Assembly (NCBI GenBank): GCA_964016885.1
Contig: OZ024743.1
Location: 359,972,001 to 360,036,000, forward strand
Length of the DNA stretch: 64,000 nt
Direction: 5' to 3'
From: Eledone cirrhosa
Taxonomy: Eukaryota
This document shows, piece after piece, positions 1 through 13,415 of the stretch; the stretch's first letter is position 1; each line of letters opens with the position of its first letter. The notes below the pieces were generated by a model. It was not told the DNA's origin. It was given only the letters and a program-made list of their open reading frames with translations, and did no database searches. The translations under genes were made by a program, and so were the position numbers.

Positions 1-971
1 GTGTGTGTGTCTGTATGTGTGTGTGTGTGTGTATATAAATATATATGTATATGCAGCGTTTATGTATTTGAAGCAGCATGTTTTTTTATTCAATAAGGTA
101 AGGACAGAGCTGTTGACAGGGGTGTGTTTGAGAGTTAAGGTTAAGGAACTACACACAATTTCAGCAACTACACAACCCATTACAAAGTAGCAACCTAAGG
201 TAAATGAATTCGCTAACTTTGAAGCTAAGAAATCGTGAAACGTATATACAATTCTGTATATGCAGACGCTGAAATAGTTCTGATATGACGACAATTTAAA
301 ATACTCACAGCAAGACTATTATGTATATTTATTGTACATAAATATATTGTATAGGGGTCCACATACGCCTTTACTCATATAGTATTTGATATTTGTTAGT
401 CGAATAGATAGAACATTATAGAAACTTTGAATTTATATGCTTGTGAGAGAAAAAGTACAAGATCCAGGCATCATTTATTATAAAAAGAATGCCTGAACGT
501 ATATATGCGCAGCGAATTTAATCATTACTGTTATGCCACCAGTAATGACTCTGAATTTTAAATAGACATGCTGGAAAGTGTTTTCAATGAATGCAAATGG
601 TGGGTTATAGCATTGGTGAACTTTAGCTAACCTAATTAGTTCCTTTAGCATACAGAAATATATGCATATTAATTGTACTATCCTACAAAGAAAGCAAATC
701 ACAATAAGCTGCCTTCTCCCTTGAAGCTACGAGAGCTGATCGATGTATTGTCAGCAATCCAGCGTGTTCTGATATATTCACCAAAGTTTATAATCACGAG
801 TGTATAGATATTGGTAGATAGATGAGATTATTTTGATTCATAGTTTTAATCTTATATGCATAAAGATATCTTACAAAAACGTAATAACACTTCATAAACA
901 CATACAGAAATAGCGCACAGACAGTCAGTTACAATAGTATGAACCGACACAAGTATTGAGAATTCCAGCTT

Positions 972-974
<3 letters not shown>

Positions 975-1036
<62 letters not shown>
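975..1036. repeat. (TA)n microsatellite
   Basis: Pure TA dinucleotide run. Confidence 0.95.
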
Positions 1037-1040
<4 letters not shown>

Positions 1041-1144
1041 ATAATAATAAATTTGAAGACTAAAATCCAAAGAGGGCTCGATAAGGATTCTTTGCTTAAA
1101 CTTTAATCTGTTATTTTAATATATATATATATCTATATATATAA

Positions 1145-1290
1145 GGATAGGGCCAGCTTAAAATTAGTTAGACCATTACTCAAATAGAGTACTCGATACT
1201 TGGGTTGGCAGAGTATGGCTATATTATAAAGAGTCGGGACACGTCGGCTGAGCTCTTGTCGTTTCAACAGCTAGTTCGAGACTGTTCGCC
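1145..1290. repeat. Copy of a TA-associated interspersed repeat (same family as 11030-11216, 12335-12443, 38968-39030)
   Basis: Shares GACCAT..AGTACTC.ATACTTGGG..GG.AGAGT and CGGCTGAGCTC...CGTTTC.AC.GCTA blocks with the other copies; begins next to a TA run. Confidence 0.6.
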
Positions 1291-2048
1291 AAAAGTGCTC
1301 ACGGTTAACTGGCCATATTGGAGTACTTTGTCCAAGGCCAAACCTTGTATAGAATGACGCCACCCGTGATGTTCATGGTCCAAGGATATTATCCACATTT
1401 GATCGCCAAGGAACAATTATTAACTGAAAAGGATGAATTTGTGACTTCGTGTATTTACAAAACATACCTCAAAATTAAGAATTTCTTACGATCCAGCAAT
1501 TTAAAACTATTTTCCTAACATCCATTTTGCACATCCACACCGGCACATACAGCATTAGGTAAACACTGAACAGTTGCACATCGACAGATACACATCTGGA
1601 TCCACACAGTACACACGCATTGACGAGCACGTCTCAACAAAATCATAACACAACTTAAAATTCACCAAAGACCCCATAAAACTACAACCCAGAAAAGCAA
1701 CATATCTAGCTCTTACATAAGAACCTGCTCTGACGTTGCCATGTTTACATACACATAGCATTACTCGACACCACAGGAATAACTGTATATGTCGTCGGTG
1801 CATAAGCAGCTCAATGTACACCAACGCAGGCTGGACATCCAACTCTTAAGCCATACATGATTATTATTAAATAGGTTCGCACCACAACACCTTTCCTATA
1901 GCGGCTTTACAATGACAATACTCCTCTAGGCACTTTATTATAGAACTATTAATATCTAATTGAACTCAAGCAGCCCCCGCACCACCCCCGAACACACACA
2001 GGCATCTAAGCCATACGTAGGCCCACTACATTGCATAAACAAATAAAT

Positions 2049-2235
2049 AATTGTTTCTACTTTAGGCACAAGGCCAGCAAATTACCCAGTGCATTACTGG
2101 TACTTTATTTTATCGACCCCGTAAGGATGAAAGGCAAAGTCAACCTCGGCGGGATTTGAACTCAGATCTTAAAGGGACGTAACTATGCTGGAAAGTATGG
2201 CGTCCGACCTTCTACCGACACTGCCAATCCACCGC
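2049..2235 (-). mobile_element. tRNA-derived SINE, near full length
   Basis: Minus strand has A-box-like TGGCAGTGTCGG and B-box GAGTTCAAATCC, a central GCCTTTCATCCTTACGGGGTCGATAAAAT block and an AGAAACAATT tail. Flanking direct repeat AACAAATAAATAA is a probable TSD. Six other close copies occur in the window. Confidence 0.9.
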
Positions 2236-2880
2236 ATAACAAATAAATAATAATCATACACATTATCTCTCTTTCACAACAAATACAAAAAATATCACCA
2301 CCACGCACGAACAACTGCTCACGCACATATCTGTAGGCAGGGACAAACCCACATACATACAAGTAAAACAAGTACCTTATATACACATATACCCACACTC
2401 ACCACGGACACACATGTGCCTTTGGACTCCGTAGTACTGGAACTGATCTAAATTAAAATATTAAAATGATGAAATGTATAAATCTGCCCAAGGTTTAAGG
2501 TATTTAATTATTTCACAAAACAATCAGTAACAATTACACACACTCTAGCATACAGACCCGACAATCTTAGGCCTACTATATGGTAGTAAAAATACATATT
2601 TTCAGTACCACACACGCACATATATACACGCACACATATTCAGTACCACATCCCACATATATACAAATATAGTAAGTACCATACGCAAATATTTGCACCC
2701 ACAACTTCTTCACACACCGTTTTAACGCCGTAGTACTAGAACCCATCTAATTATTATGTGCTTTTAATGTATACTTCGGTCCATAATGTATAATATAATA
2801 AAGGGAGGAATGCAGGACAGTGTCCTTTTTATATTATTTTAATCCCGATAGTAAAATAAGTTGGATTACTTTGAATAAAT

Positions 2881-2997
2881 AATTGTTTCTACTTTAGGCA
2901 CAAGGCCAGCAATTACCCAGTGCATTACTGGTACTTTATTTTATCGACCCCGTAAGGATGAAAGGCAAAGTTAACCTCGGCGGGATTTGAACTCAGA
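2881..2997 (-). mobile_element. 5'-truncated SINE of the same family
   Basis: Near-identical to 2049-2165; ATTACTTTGAATAAATA is repeated at ~2865 and ~3033. Confidence 0.9.
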
Positions 2998-3001
2998 CTG
3001 T

Positions 3002-3082
3002 ATTTAGTAGATAAATTACATAATATTCATTCATTACTTTGAATAAATAATGAATGAATATTATGTAATTTATCTACTAAAT
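3002..3082. repeat. Perfect 35-bp inverted repeat (hairpin) at the SINE 5' junction
   Basis: ATTTAGTAGATAAATTACATAATATTCATTCATTA and its reverse complement are separated by 11 nt. Confidence 0.9.
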
Positions 3083-3757
3083 TTCGTTGTTCTTGATTAA
3101 ACATAAATATACGTATATATAAAATATTGCTTATTTTAAGATTCACTTCTTTAATATTTTCAAATATCAACACTTCCAGTTAGCGTCCGTTATATCATAA
3201 CACATCGCTTATATAAGCGTTCATATATTTGCATCATTATATAAGGTTTATATTTCCGTCGTTAAGTTTCTCCTTTTTCGTTTTCATAACATTTTAGTTT
3301 ATTATATATCCAGTTTATATATATAATCGTATTTTTTAAATGTATTATGGATTACTTTACTGATTACAAAAGAATGTAACAGAGACTTCGTTCAATTTCT
3401 GTACATATTGTCAATTACGGTTTCTTTGACGTATCATATCTACATGCATATATATTTGCGTATAATATCAATATGCACACTACATATGCTAGCAGAAAAA
3501 TCACCCGAAGGGTGGCTTTTCTACTAGTCTAATGTAATTGAAATGTTAGGTTCGCAACCAGTAACAAATATAACAAAGAAAGAATTCGAACTAATATACT
3601 CACTCGAAACTACAACAACAACAATTGTAATATCGACTAGATTGCCACTGATCTTTTGAGATAACTAGAAACAAGTTCTTTTGATGACGGTTATATTTAA
3701 TTTGTTGATGGATGACCGGGCTACTCTTGGATCAGTAAGAACTAGCCTTTTTGTGTG

Positions 3758-4418
3758 AATATGAACATATGAATAAAAATAGACCGAGAAACAAGAATGT
3801 CCTTCAACAGTAGCCTGCTGATTATCGTTGGTATTTCTTCGCATTAAAGACTAGATACCTAAATCAGTGCGAGCGATAACTAAATTAAGATATCGGGACA
3901 GAGGGAAAATAGAGGAAAGGAAACAAACAACATGGTATTAATGCAACGTAAAGAGAGGAAAAGAGAGACAAGTCAATGAATCTTGTGGGCTTAAGTTCGA
4001 CAAATCAAATGATGAGAAGAAACAGACGCGTCCGAGCCACGAGAAAAGTGAGAGAGGAAAGAAATTCACGCGGGTCAGACGGGAGGAAATGAGAGAAGGT
4101 GAGTCGCATAGAGTGAGTGAGTGAAAGTGTGAGGAAGGGGCCAGCCGAGAGTGAGTGACCAGCAGCGGGAGTGGAGGAAAGCAAGAGGTGAAGGAGGGAG
4201 AAGGGGAAGAGTGAAAGAGGATAGCAGTAAGGTGACAGAAAAAATACGAACCACAGCGAAGGGAAAAAAATATATGTGAATGAAAAATGGCGTGCTGCGT
4301 TGTTGCGAATATGAACATATGAATAAAAATAGACCGAGAAACAAGAATGTCCTTCATCAATAGCCTGCTAATTATCGTTGGTATTTCTTCGCATTAAAGA
4401 CTAGATACCTAAAATCAG
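3758..4418. repeat. ~110-bp direct repeats (3758-3868, 4308-4418) flanking a purine-rich spacer
   Basis: AATATGAACATATGAATAAAAATAGACCGAGAAACAAG...GATACCTAAA occurs twice; possibly a pLTR-like relic. Confidence 0.85.
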
Positions 4419-4731
4419 TATATATATACGTGGAAGCTTAGTAAAATCGAAGCTTTGGCTGTGGCCAAGCTAACCTACAATTAGGAATGAGCAGCAAACC
4501 ACTAAATAAGGTAGTAGGCCTTAGAATAATAACATACGTTTAGACAACTTGACAAATTGAAAATAACGGCAGGTAGACCTAGTCACACAATACCAAAAAC
4601 AGCGAAAAAACTAATATATATATATATATACGACCAAAGTTTTAAAAGTTTCTTAAGTTCTTGCTTTATTTACATCTCGGGCTACCTGCTAAAAATATTC
4701 TAAAAAGACGGACTTGGTGGCTAGCGGCTCT

Positions 4732-5938
4732 TTCATGTAGTAGTTAACGCACTCGTACAGCAATAATAGTTGGTGTGACGATAATAGAGAATATTTATAC
4801 ATGAGTATTTCTGTCAAGTATACGTCTCGTAATGTGTATAGAAACAGTGTATTTTCTGATCAGTAGTGCAACAGCCTATCATCTCGGTAATATTTATAAC
4901 ATTTAAGAATATTTGTAATTAAACAAAATAAATGAATTTATTTAAATTGAAATTCTAAATAGGCAGATATACTATGATTGAGAATTATTTCATATATTGA
5001 ATCAAACTATAGATATTACCGTTAAACAAATTCGTACAGTGCTTCAAAGTGCATGGTATATTAAATGAGAATCGATTTCCTACGACTAATGCTACTGACA
5101 TATTAAGGTAAATTTCTGGAATCTGAAAACCAATTGCTGTAGATCAATTGTCATCTCTTGTGATCTTTTGGTATTAACATTAAACTATTTATGATAAACT
5201 TTTATATATTATTAAAGCGGTAGCAAGTGTTAAGTATCGTTAGTAATTCTAATCCAATATATCTTAAAATACTACAGTCCTGGTCATTGTATTGTTTTGG
5301 CAAGATTCTTGATTTGTATTTTGTCTTGAAACAGATAACATTGTACTTTGGGAAAGCAATAACATTTATGAAGTGAAGTTGCTGTATTGTTATTCTTTGC
5401 GTATTCAATTTACTGCTTAACATGGAAGAAAATATTGTACAATATAGATTGAGGTATGACAAATCCAGGGATAGGTACGTGTGGGAGACTTTTGATCGTA
5501 GGTCTATTCAGTCAAATCTGATGCGAAGTTAAAACGCAACAACAACAATTTATGTAACTGAAGTAAAAAGAAAAGAAAACAACAAAAACAAAAACGGATC
5601 AACATACTTAGACTCAGTTTGAAATATAATAATAATTCTAGCAACACAAAGGAGTTATTCATGTAGTAGTTAACGCACTCGTACAGCAAGAATAGTTGGT
5701 GTGACCTTAATAGAGAATATTTATACATGAGTATTTCGGTCAAGTATACGTCTCGTAATGTGTATAGAAACAGTGTATTTTCTGATCCAACAGCCTATCA
5801 ACTCGGTTATATTTATAACTTTTAAGAATATTTGTAATTAAACAAAAATAAATGAATTTATTTAAATTGTAATTCTAAATTGGCAGATATACTATGATTG
5901 AGAATTATTTCATATAGTGAATCAAACAATAGATATTA
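4732..5938. repeat. ~285-bp local direct duplication (4732-5018 and 5658-5938)
   Basis: TTCATGTAGTAGTTAACGCACTCGTACAGCAA...ATAGATATTA occurs twice with few differences. Confidence 0.9.
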
Positions 5939-7540
5939 GCGATTACTAGGATATGCTCGGCTTAAGCAAAATAAACAACAACCGACATTGAGAATAGAAA
6001 CTGCTTTAAGTTTGTAACAATTGACGGAAAACAAATCAAAAGCTACCACCGTTACACGACTGCACTGTAGCATGTAATGCCGGAGCAAAATAAATGTATC
6101 TTCTGTTAAGGGAAGAGGATCAACTGACCTCGTTCTCAAACATCTGAGAATGTTTCTATGTAACAAATAAATATATTTACGAAGAAAACTAATATAGGAT
6201 ATAAATGACAATATGGTTTTCATTCTATTGTAGCCTATTAAATAGTACATATAGTTTGTCACTCAAATTAACACCACTATCTGATCAGCGTGTGCTTTTA
6301 GTAGTGTCTATTCTAGTGAAAGAATTCATGCTAAGTCTTCATGTTGAGTAAACCTTCTTTCCATTTGTCTCTGAGAGCGACTAATTAGTAAAAATAAAGT
6401 TATCTTCAATAACCATTTCGAAAATGAGTTTGGAATTCATAAAAAAAAAAATAGGTGTTTAACCTATCTTAGTACTGACCATTTAATGTCTCTGTATAAC
6501 ATGTTCATAAATAAAGATCTACACATACTAGTCTTTGTATAACTTGCCAATGCTTTAAGACATACTTTAGCTCTCAGTCGTCCATTTTGAAATATAAGTA
6601 AAATAAATGTAGAGTAATGATTATGCTTCTTCAATTCGCTGTAAATGCATTGTAAAAGTCTTCCTCTATATTTTCAGATCAATTCGCTTATCGAAGTCAA
6701 ATAAACTCATAAAATCTAGAAATTATACGGATTCCACTCCTCGCCTATGAATCAAGGCAAAAATCGATGGCATGTGCAGTTTCAGATATGTGTGGCAAAA
6801 TGTTTGATTATACGTTAACCAAATAAATAATAACATAAATAAATAAATAGGAATTTATAGAAAAACATGCTTTACTTGAACTGAAATTTTAAAATGTTGC
6901 ACAGATCTTACTATTTAGTCAACATCAAATTCAGCTAAATTTTGGTCAGTCAAATTCAACACATTTCTGTGCATCGTCATTGTTCATTTTAAGGTCAGTA
7001 GAGAGGTTTGCTTGTGATTCAATGAAACACGTCCATTGCTTTAATGGGATTTGAATCCGTTCATACACACGAAATACCCGCATTGAGAGGCAGATTATGA
7101 ACACCATATGTTTCAATTGAATTCAGATATTTCATTGAAATCGGATATCAGAAGTGTATAGCATAAGTATATACAAAAAGTAAAAAGATGCAACAAAAAT
7201 TCCTGTTATGTTTTCAGTTTTATGTGAAACATTATGTCACATTCAAATTGTTATGGTTTATTTCTGGTATTATTTATGGCGATGGTTATCTTTTATATTA
7301 GTTTACAATTACATACAAATATGATATTTATATTTTTATGTTATATTATAGGCACAAACAAAATAGAAAACCGAATAGAATCACATATATACATATATAT
7401 CCATGTCCCAATCTCTCACTCTCCTTTTATATTACATACGCATACACATAGACGCGGGCATTCCTACATACACGAACACATATGCACATACAAAAACATA
7501 TATATGCAAATTATTCATTTTATGTGTTCTCTGACAGCAA

Positions 7541-8010
<470 letters not shown>

Positions 8011-9149
8011 CAAGTTATCAATCAGACAGACACTTCAATGTTATGTGAATACATATATGAAAGTATGTGAAATATTACGCACCCACACATTTCTATAGAT
8101 AGATAGATATGAGAGAAATATAGATATAAGAGCATGTGTCATTATTTTATTATTAGCAATAAGACGCTCCAGGAGACTGTCCTCCGATATAATATTTCCT
8201 CTTCCAAATAAAACCCACCATTTTTTGCTCGCAGTAAACGTTATTTGAACTATAAAGAAATGAATAATTCTATTTTATCAAAGCATATGTTTCATGGAAG
8301 CAACAGACTGAAAAAATAACAAACAACTAAAGGAATCAATAAAATTCTCCTTAAAATGGAAGATATATCGACATTTTCATCTATATACAATCATACTATA
8401 TATGTTATGATATATTTCATTTTACTTCAATCTAGTTTATATCATATAATTTGATATGATTTAATTTGAAAATATAATAAAAAATATATTTATTTTAGTC
8501 GGACATAGAAGTAGTTAGAAATGTGTTGCAAGTCCACTGTAATTCTGTATACACAAGGGCGTATATGTAATGTAGAATATATTTTATAACTTTATGGCGA
8601 CTAAAAGATTTCACTTTTGTTCATTATTTCATATATGGTGTATGCAGCGTTTTGTAATAAACTGCCAGAAGGTGTCATTGTACTTTGTGCGTGTTATGTT
8701 AGTGTGTCACGATTTCAAAACTACAAGCCCCATACAGTTTTGTGAATTATTATATTAATCTTTTTTCCAAATATTGTGTCTCCTCACGGAAAGTAATAGT
8801 TTAACTAATAAAAACGAGTATCTTTTGTCAATATATCACCTTTATATGTTTGCGGTGATTCTCAACCAGATATATAATACTCAAAGTAACTGACATGATA
8901 ACGCCATTAAATATTGCAACACATCAACATTATTATTTTTATATCATATTAACGCAGACACGAAATATAAGGTATAATGATTGTCGAAGAAATTTGCAAC
9001 AATTGTTAACTGGATTTTATGATATTGATTCTTTTTATGGTTTGTCACGAAGAAGGGTATATACCCATGAATCTATCTAGCACTTCTATATCGAGATTTA
9101 TCCACCGTGAAACATAGTCGCAGGAAAACATGTACGTGAAATTATTTTC

Positions 9150-10170
9150 GAGAGTTGACGTTTTTGGGAGAGATGTTGAGACAAAATGGTTACTTTGAGG
9201 CATAGATGGATAAATACTGTTGTTTTCATGAGAAGAATAAATGGATATACTGGAAGGACTTCAGATTTCAGAGGAACTTATTTTGCTGTAGAAGCTAACT
9301 AAAGAAACAGAGTGAGGAGGGAGCGCATTTGTGAGCTACAGTGTTTTTGAATATTTGCCCGTCAATCTGATGTCTTTACTTTGGTTATTGACTTGGTGAT
9401 TGTGTGTATAGCAGCATCAATGTCCCAGATGAGAGAACACCTTTCTATTTCGGGTCTTACTAAAGCTGTGTACAGAATCAATAATTTCTCCACTGGTGAT
9501 AAAGGGAACAACAATCTTTAGTCGGCAGTTTTAATTAATTTCTGTTATGAATGCGAGAATTTCTGTAATAATCATCAGATATTTTTAGGTCGAGCATTAG
9601 TGGAGATGTTTGGTGGTTTTAATTACCAGTTTTTCAAGATAAGGGAGGAGAAGCACAAAATCATTTTGTTGAGGCATGCAATAATTGTTCTTTATGATAT
9701 TGAAAAAGACTCAATTGTCGTGTGTCCATTGAAAAATAGTTTCGAGATCTCATGTCACGTATACAGCTTACACCAAATCTGCAGTTTCTCTATGAACCAT
9801 TTGTTCATGGAGAAAGTGTGTTGAGGGGGAAATGTAAGTTTGATATAGGATGTCTCGGTTGCCTGTAAATGACGTCTAGGAATAGAGGTTTTAAGGGGAA
9901 TGACGTATTTCTACCACCACCATGGAAGTAACATTGCTAGCGGCAACAGCATATAGGTTGTTAATGCACATAAATAATAGGGTAAGAAACAAAATCAAAC
10001 TGTAGCTCAGGATCCAATTCATTAACACAACCATGTCTGGTAGGTTCATAAATCTATTGCGTGCATATTTCTTTCTAGAGTAAGAGGGGAATAGATGATC
10101 TCTGAGAATGGAACCAACTAAATATTTACTAGTGTCAAATTGTTCACCTTCATTCCGTTTGTGACGAAAT
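9150..10170 (-). mobile_element. Highly decayed CR1/Jockey-group LINE, RT 3' part
   Basis: Minus-strand translations give LILYTALVRPEIERCSLIW (CR1-type LY..VRP.LEYCS.IW) and LLFMCINNL (degenerate LF..YINDL). Confidence 0.5.
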
Positions 10171-10391
10171 GCATAAAAGAACAAATCTTCATATGTCACT
10201 GTGATTATTTACACATTTACGCAGGTTCGATTAAATATTGTACTTTTTCTGTAGAGATATCATTAATAATACTTATTTTACTAAACATTGACGATGTGAA
10301 TAAAATGTTGATCACACTGGAACTATGAGAGTATCTTAGAATAGTTTTGTAATATAATGTTAGCTTATTTAATTTATTTCTCTATCTTTAA

Positions 10392-10530
10392 TGTTATTTT
10401 CATCCAACCTAGTACTAGAAAGATAAAATGCGAAGCTGACCACGGCGAAATTCGAACTACAAAATAAAGCTTTTTATTTAAATACCACAACATATTTTGT
10501 CTACGCTCTATCAAGGCTGGTAATCCATCG
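10392..10530 (-). mobile_element. Old, diverged tRNA-SINE related to the young SINE family
   Basis: AAAGATAAAATGCGAAGCTGACCACGGCGAAATTCGAACT resembles AGGATGAAAGGCAAAGTCAACCTCGGCGGGATTTGAACT. Confidence 0.5.
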
Positions 10531-11029
10531 GAAGAGAAATCAATAAATTAGAATTTAAAAAAATAATTCGGTTTTTCGGCAGGACACAAAAACCTAAATT
10601 TTATAAAGAACCTCTTCAAACATGTGGTCTTGCGTGAATAAAATAAATCGATAATTCGCTTTTTTAGTTAATCTATAAACAAACCATTGATTATGAACTG
10701 CTCCTAAATTTCCTGTAATACCTCTCCAAAAACACAGTAGCACCATATAAAAATCAAACATAAACTTTGCACATTTACACAAAAAAGCCATATTACAATT
10801 TCTTTAGTGGCGTGATACATAAAGTTCCCACAATCTCTATCCAAATAGACCTAATTAACACAAATGAACTTTACCAGAAAACATAAAAACGCTTATCATC
10901 AGTATGCAGTTAAAATGTAACATAATTCGGTTTATTTTTTCTCAACAAATTGATTCGTTTACTCATAATTTTAAAGCATTTTTCTGATTCCAGTTGCCGC
11001 ATCCTTTTATATATATATATATAACGAAG

Positions 11030-11211
11030 GAAGTCTGGTAAGGAACCAGATGGACCATAACGCACCAGAGTACTCAATAGGTAGGGTAGTAGAGTGGGTA
11101 ATAGGAAAATGTTTAACCCCGACGGCAGTCTTTATGCCGTTTCAACGGTTATTTCTGGACTAAAATAGCCGCCGAAACGGCTTGAGCCGTGCCGTCGGGG
11201 TTAAACATTTT

Positions 11212-11216
<5 letters not shown>
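11030..11216. repeat. TA-embedded repeat ending in a fold-back (27-bp perfect outer arms 11101-11127 / 11190-11216)
   Basis: ATAGGAAAATGTTTAACCCCGACGGCA and its reverse complement; (TA)n on both sides. Confidence 0.85.
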
Positions 11217-11286
<70 letters not shown>

Positions 11287-11736
11287 ATGTGTGTGTGTGT
11301 GTGTGTGCGTGCGTGTGTGTGTGGGTGTGTGGGTGTGTGAGTGTGTGTGTGCATGTGTGATTTGTTACTCTGGAGGTTTTATTGTTTACCACAGGGATAT
11401 TAGACAAGAATGATGACTCTGTCACAAACAGGCGAAGCTCCAGGGTAAATCGATTCACTACTTAGAATTAATAAAATGATTTGAAAACCAGATTTCAAAT
11501 ATTTGTTTAGATTTTCCGAATGTTTGGCAGCGCTTTCCGAATATTATGCAGTTTATTTCACGTCACCCTGGATTCAAGTTATTTACACGTACGTATACAT
11601 ACGCAAACATACATACAAACACATTTACGCACGCACAAACATATATATACATACATAATAAAATTTGTATATATATATATGTATAAGAAATGAATTTTTT
11701 TTTAAATGTCCCATACAGGTAAAATATAAGAAAAAG

Positions 11737-11958
11737 AAATTGAAAATGCAGCTGGAGTTTTTTAATTATATTCATTTACTTTAGTGGTTACACAGTTCTT
11801 ATGATTCTCAAAAGTAAAATTGAGATGGTGGGTTTGTATTTCTGTTGTGACAAACTCTCCATCTCAATATAACTTTCGACAATTTGACAATCATAAGAAA
11901 TGTGAAACCGGTAAAGTAAATAAATATTCTTAAAAGACTCCAGTTGCAGTTTCAATTT
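11737..11958. repeat. Imperfect ~100-bp-arm fold-back between TA runs; left arm related to 16800-16910
   Basis: AATTGAAAATGCAGCTGGAG...TTCTTATGATT...ATTGAGATGG is mirrored by CCATCTCAAT...AATCATAAGAA...CTCCAGTTGCAGTTTCAATT. Confidence 0.8.
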
Positions 11959-12289
11959 GTTTCCATATATATATATATATATAAGTAAATTTGTCAAAAC
12001 ATGCATAACATCTCAATGAGAATAGATTGCTAAAATAATCTCATTCAGAGAAGCAAATACGTATAGAACATCGTATACAAAATCACTGAGTCGTAGATTA
12101 CTGTAGAAGCATCTTTCTCTAGTGGTAAAAAATTAAATCCTCTGAAGAGAAATCGATTCTGTTAATGAGGAACATGTAAATCTATAGGACTATCTGTTAT
12201 ACTTTGGATTTTAAAACAGCAGTAAGGATAAATTGTTATCCTTAGGGAAAGATGCTACAGTAATCAAAGTGATATTGTATAAGGTTTTC

Positions 12290-12333
<44 letters not shown>

Positions 12334-12334
12334 A

Positions 12335-12443
12335 ATGTGGTAAGGAACCAGGTGGACCATAACGCACCAAAGTACTCAATACTTGGGGTGGTAGAGTGGG
12401 TAATAGGAACCAGTAAGACCCCAGGGGTCTTACTGGTTCCTAT
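12335..12443. repeat. TA-embedded repeat ending in a perfect palindrome (20-bp arms, 12403-12443)
   Basis: ATAGGAACCAGTAAGACCCC-A-GGGGTCTTACTGGTTCCTAT; the 5' part matches 11035-11107. Confidence 0.9.
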
Positions 12444-12461
12444 ATATATATATATATTTGT

Positions 12462-12545
<84 letters not shown>

Positions 12546-12837
12546 ATATAAAACGAAAAATGAAAAAATCAGTGATGTATCTGGACTCAGTTTATTGTGT
12601 GTTACAATTGTTTCGCCGGCAGATAGCTCGAGACACGTTCATTGTATGGATCTGTCTGATTCCAGACCTGCAGGTTCTTCGGACACATGAAATACTTTCG
12701 GAACAAATTTATATATATTTATATATATTTGACCTCAGCCGGATGGCTGAAACAGGTAAAAGAGTAAAAGAGTATATATAAAAGAGTATATATAATTTTG
12801 CGAGGTTTTTTAATATGAAATCGTGTGTCGAAACAAA

Positions 12838-13342
12838 TATTGTTTTACTTGGGGAGGGTCATATTTGTGTAATATTGCCAGAATTAATAACAGAACACAC
12901 TGACTGTTTGGTTGGTTTTCGCTTCTGTGTCTTTTATATCGGTTAATTTATTTTATTCGGTCCTCAATGTTGCCATTGACTGATCAACGGTCACAAATAC
13001 AGATACAATATTGACACAAAATAAACAAATAAATAATATATAAACAGACTAAATAAAGATGGCATAGACATACAATGCAACGGGAGGAAACAATAGCACC
13101 ACTGATGATGTTGCAGATGTGCAACGGAAGAACTTTGTTAGACTATATATATATATGTGTTTGTGTCTATATTGTATCTGTATTTTTGAGCGTTGGTCAG
13201 TCAATGGCAACATTGAGGACCGAATAAATTAAATTAACCGATATAAAAGACACAGAAGCGAAAGCCAAACAAACAGTGAGTGTGTTCTGTTATTAATTCT
13301 GGCAATATTACACAAATATGACCCTCCCTAAGTATAACAATA
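12838..13342. repeat. Inverted repeat with ~175-bp arms (12838-13010 / 13168-13342), probable PLE pLTR pair
   Basis: Arms are reverse complements. The terminus ATGACCCTCCC.AAGTATAACAATA abuts (TA)n and recurs at 16320-16345 beside a PLE RT fragment. Confidence 0.85.
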
Positions 13343-13345
13343 TAA

Positions 13346-13415
<70 letters not shown>

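Noticed and set aside
2049-2235. tRNA gene suggested by A/B boxes
   Set aside because: No cloverleaf; it is the head of a multi-copy SINE with TSDs.
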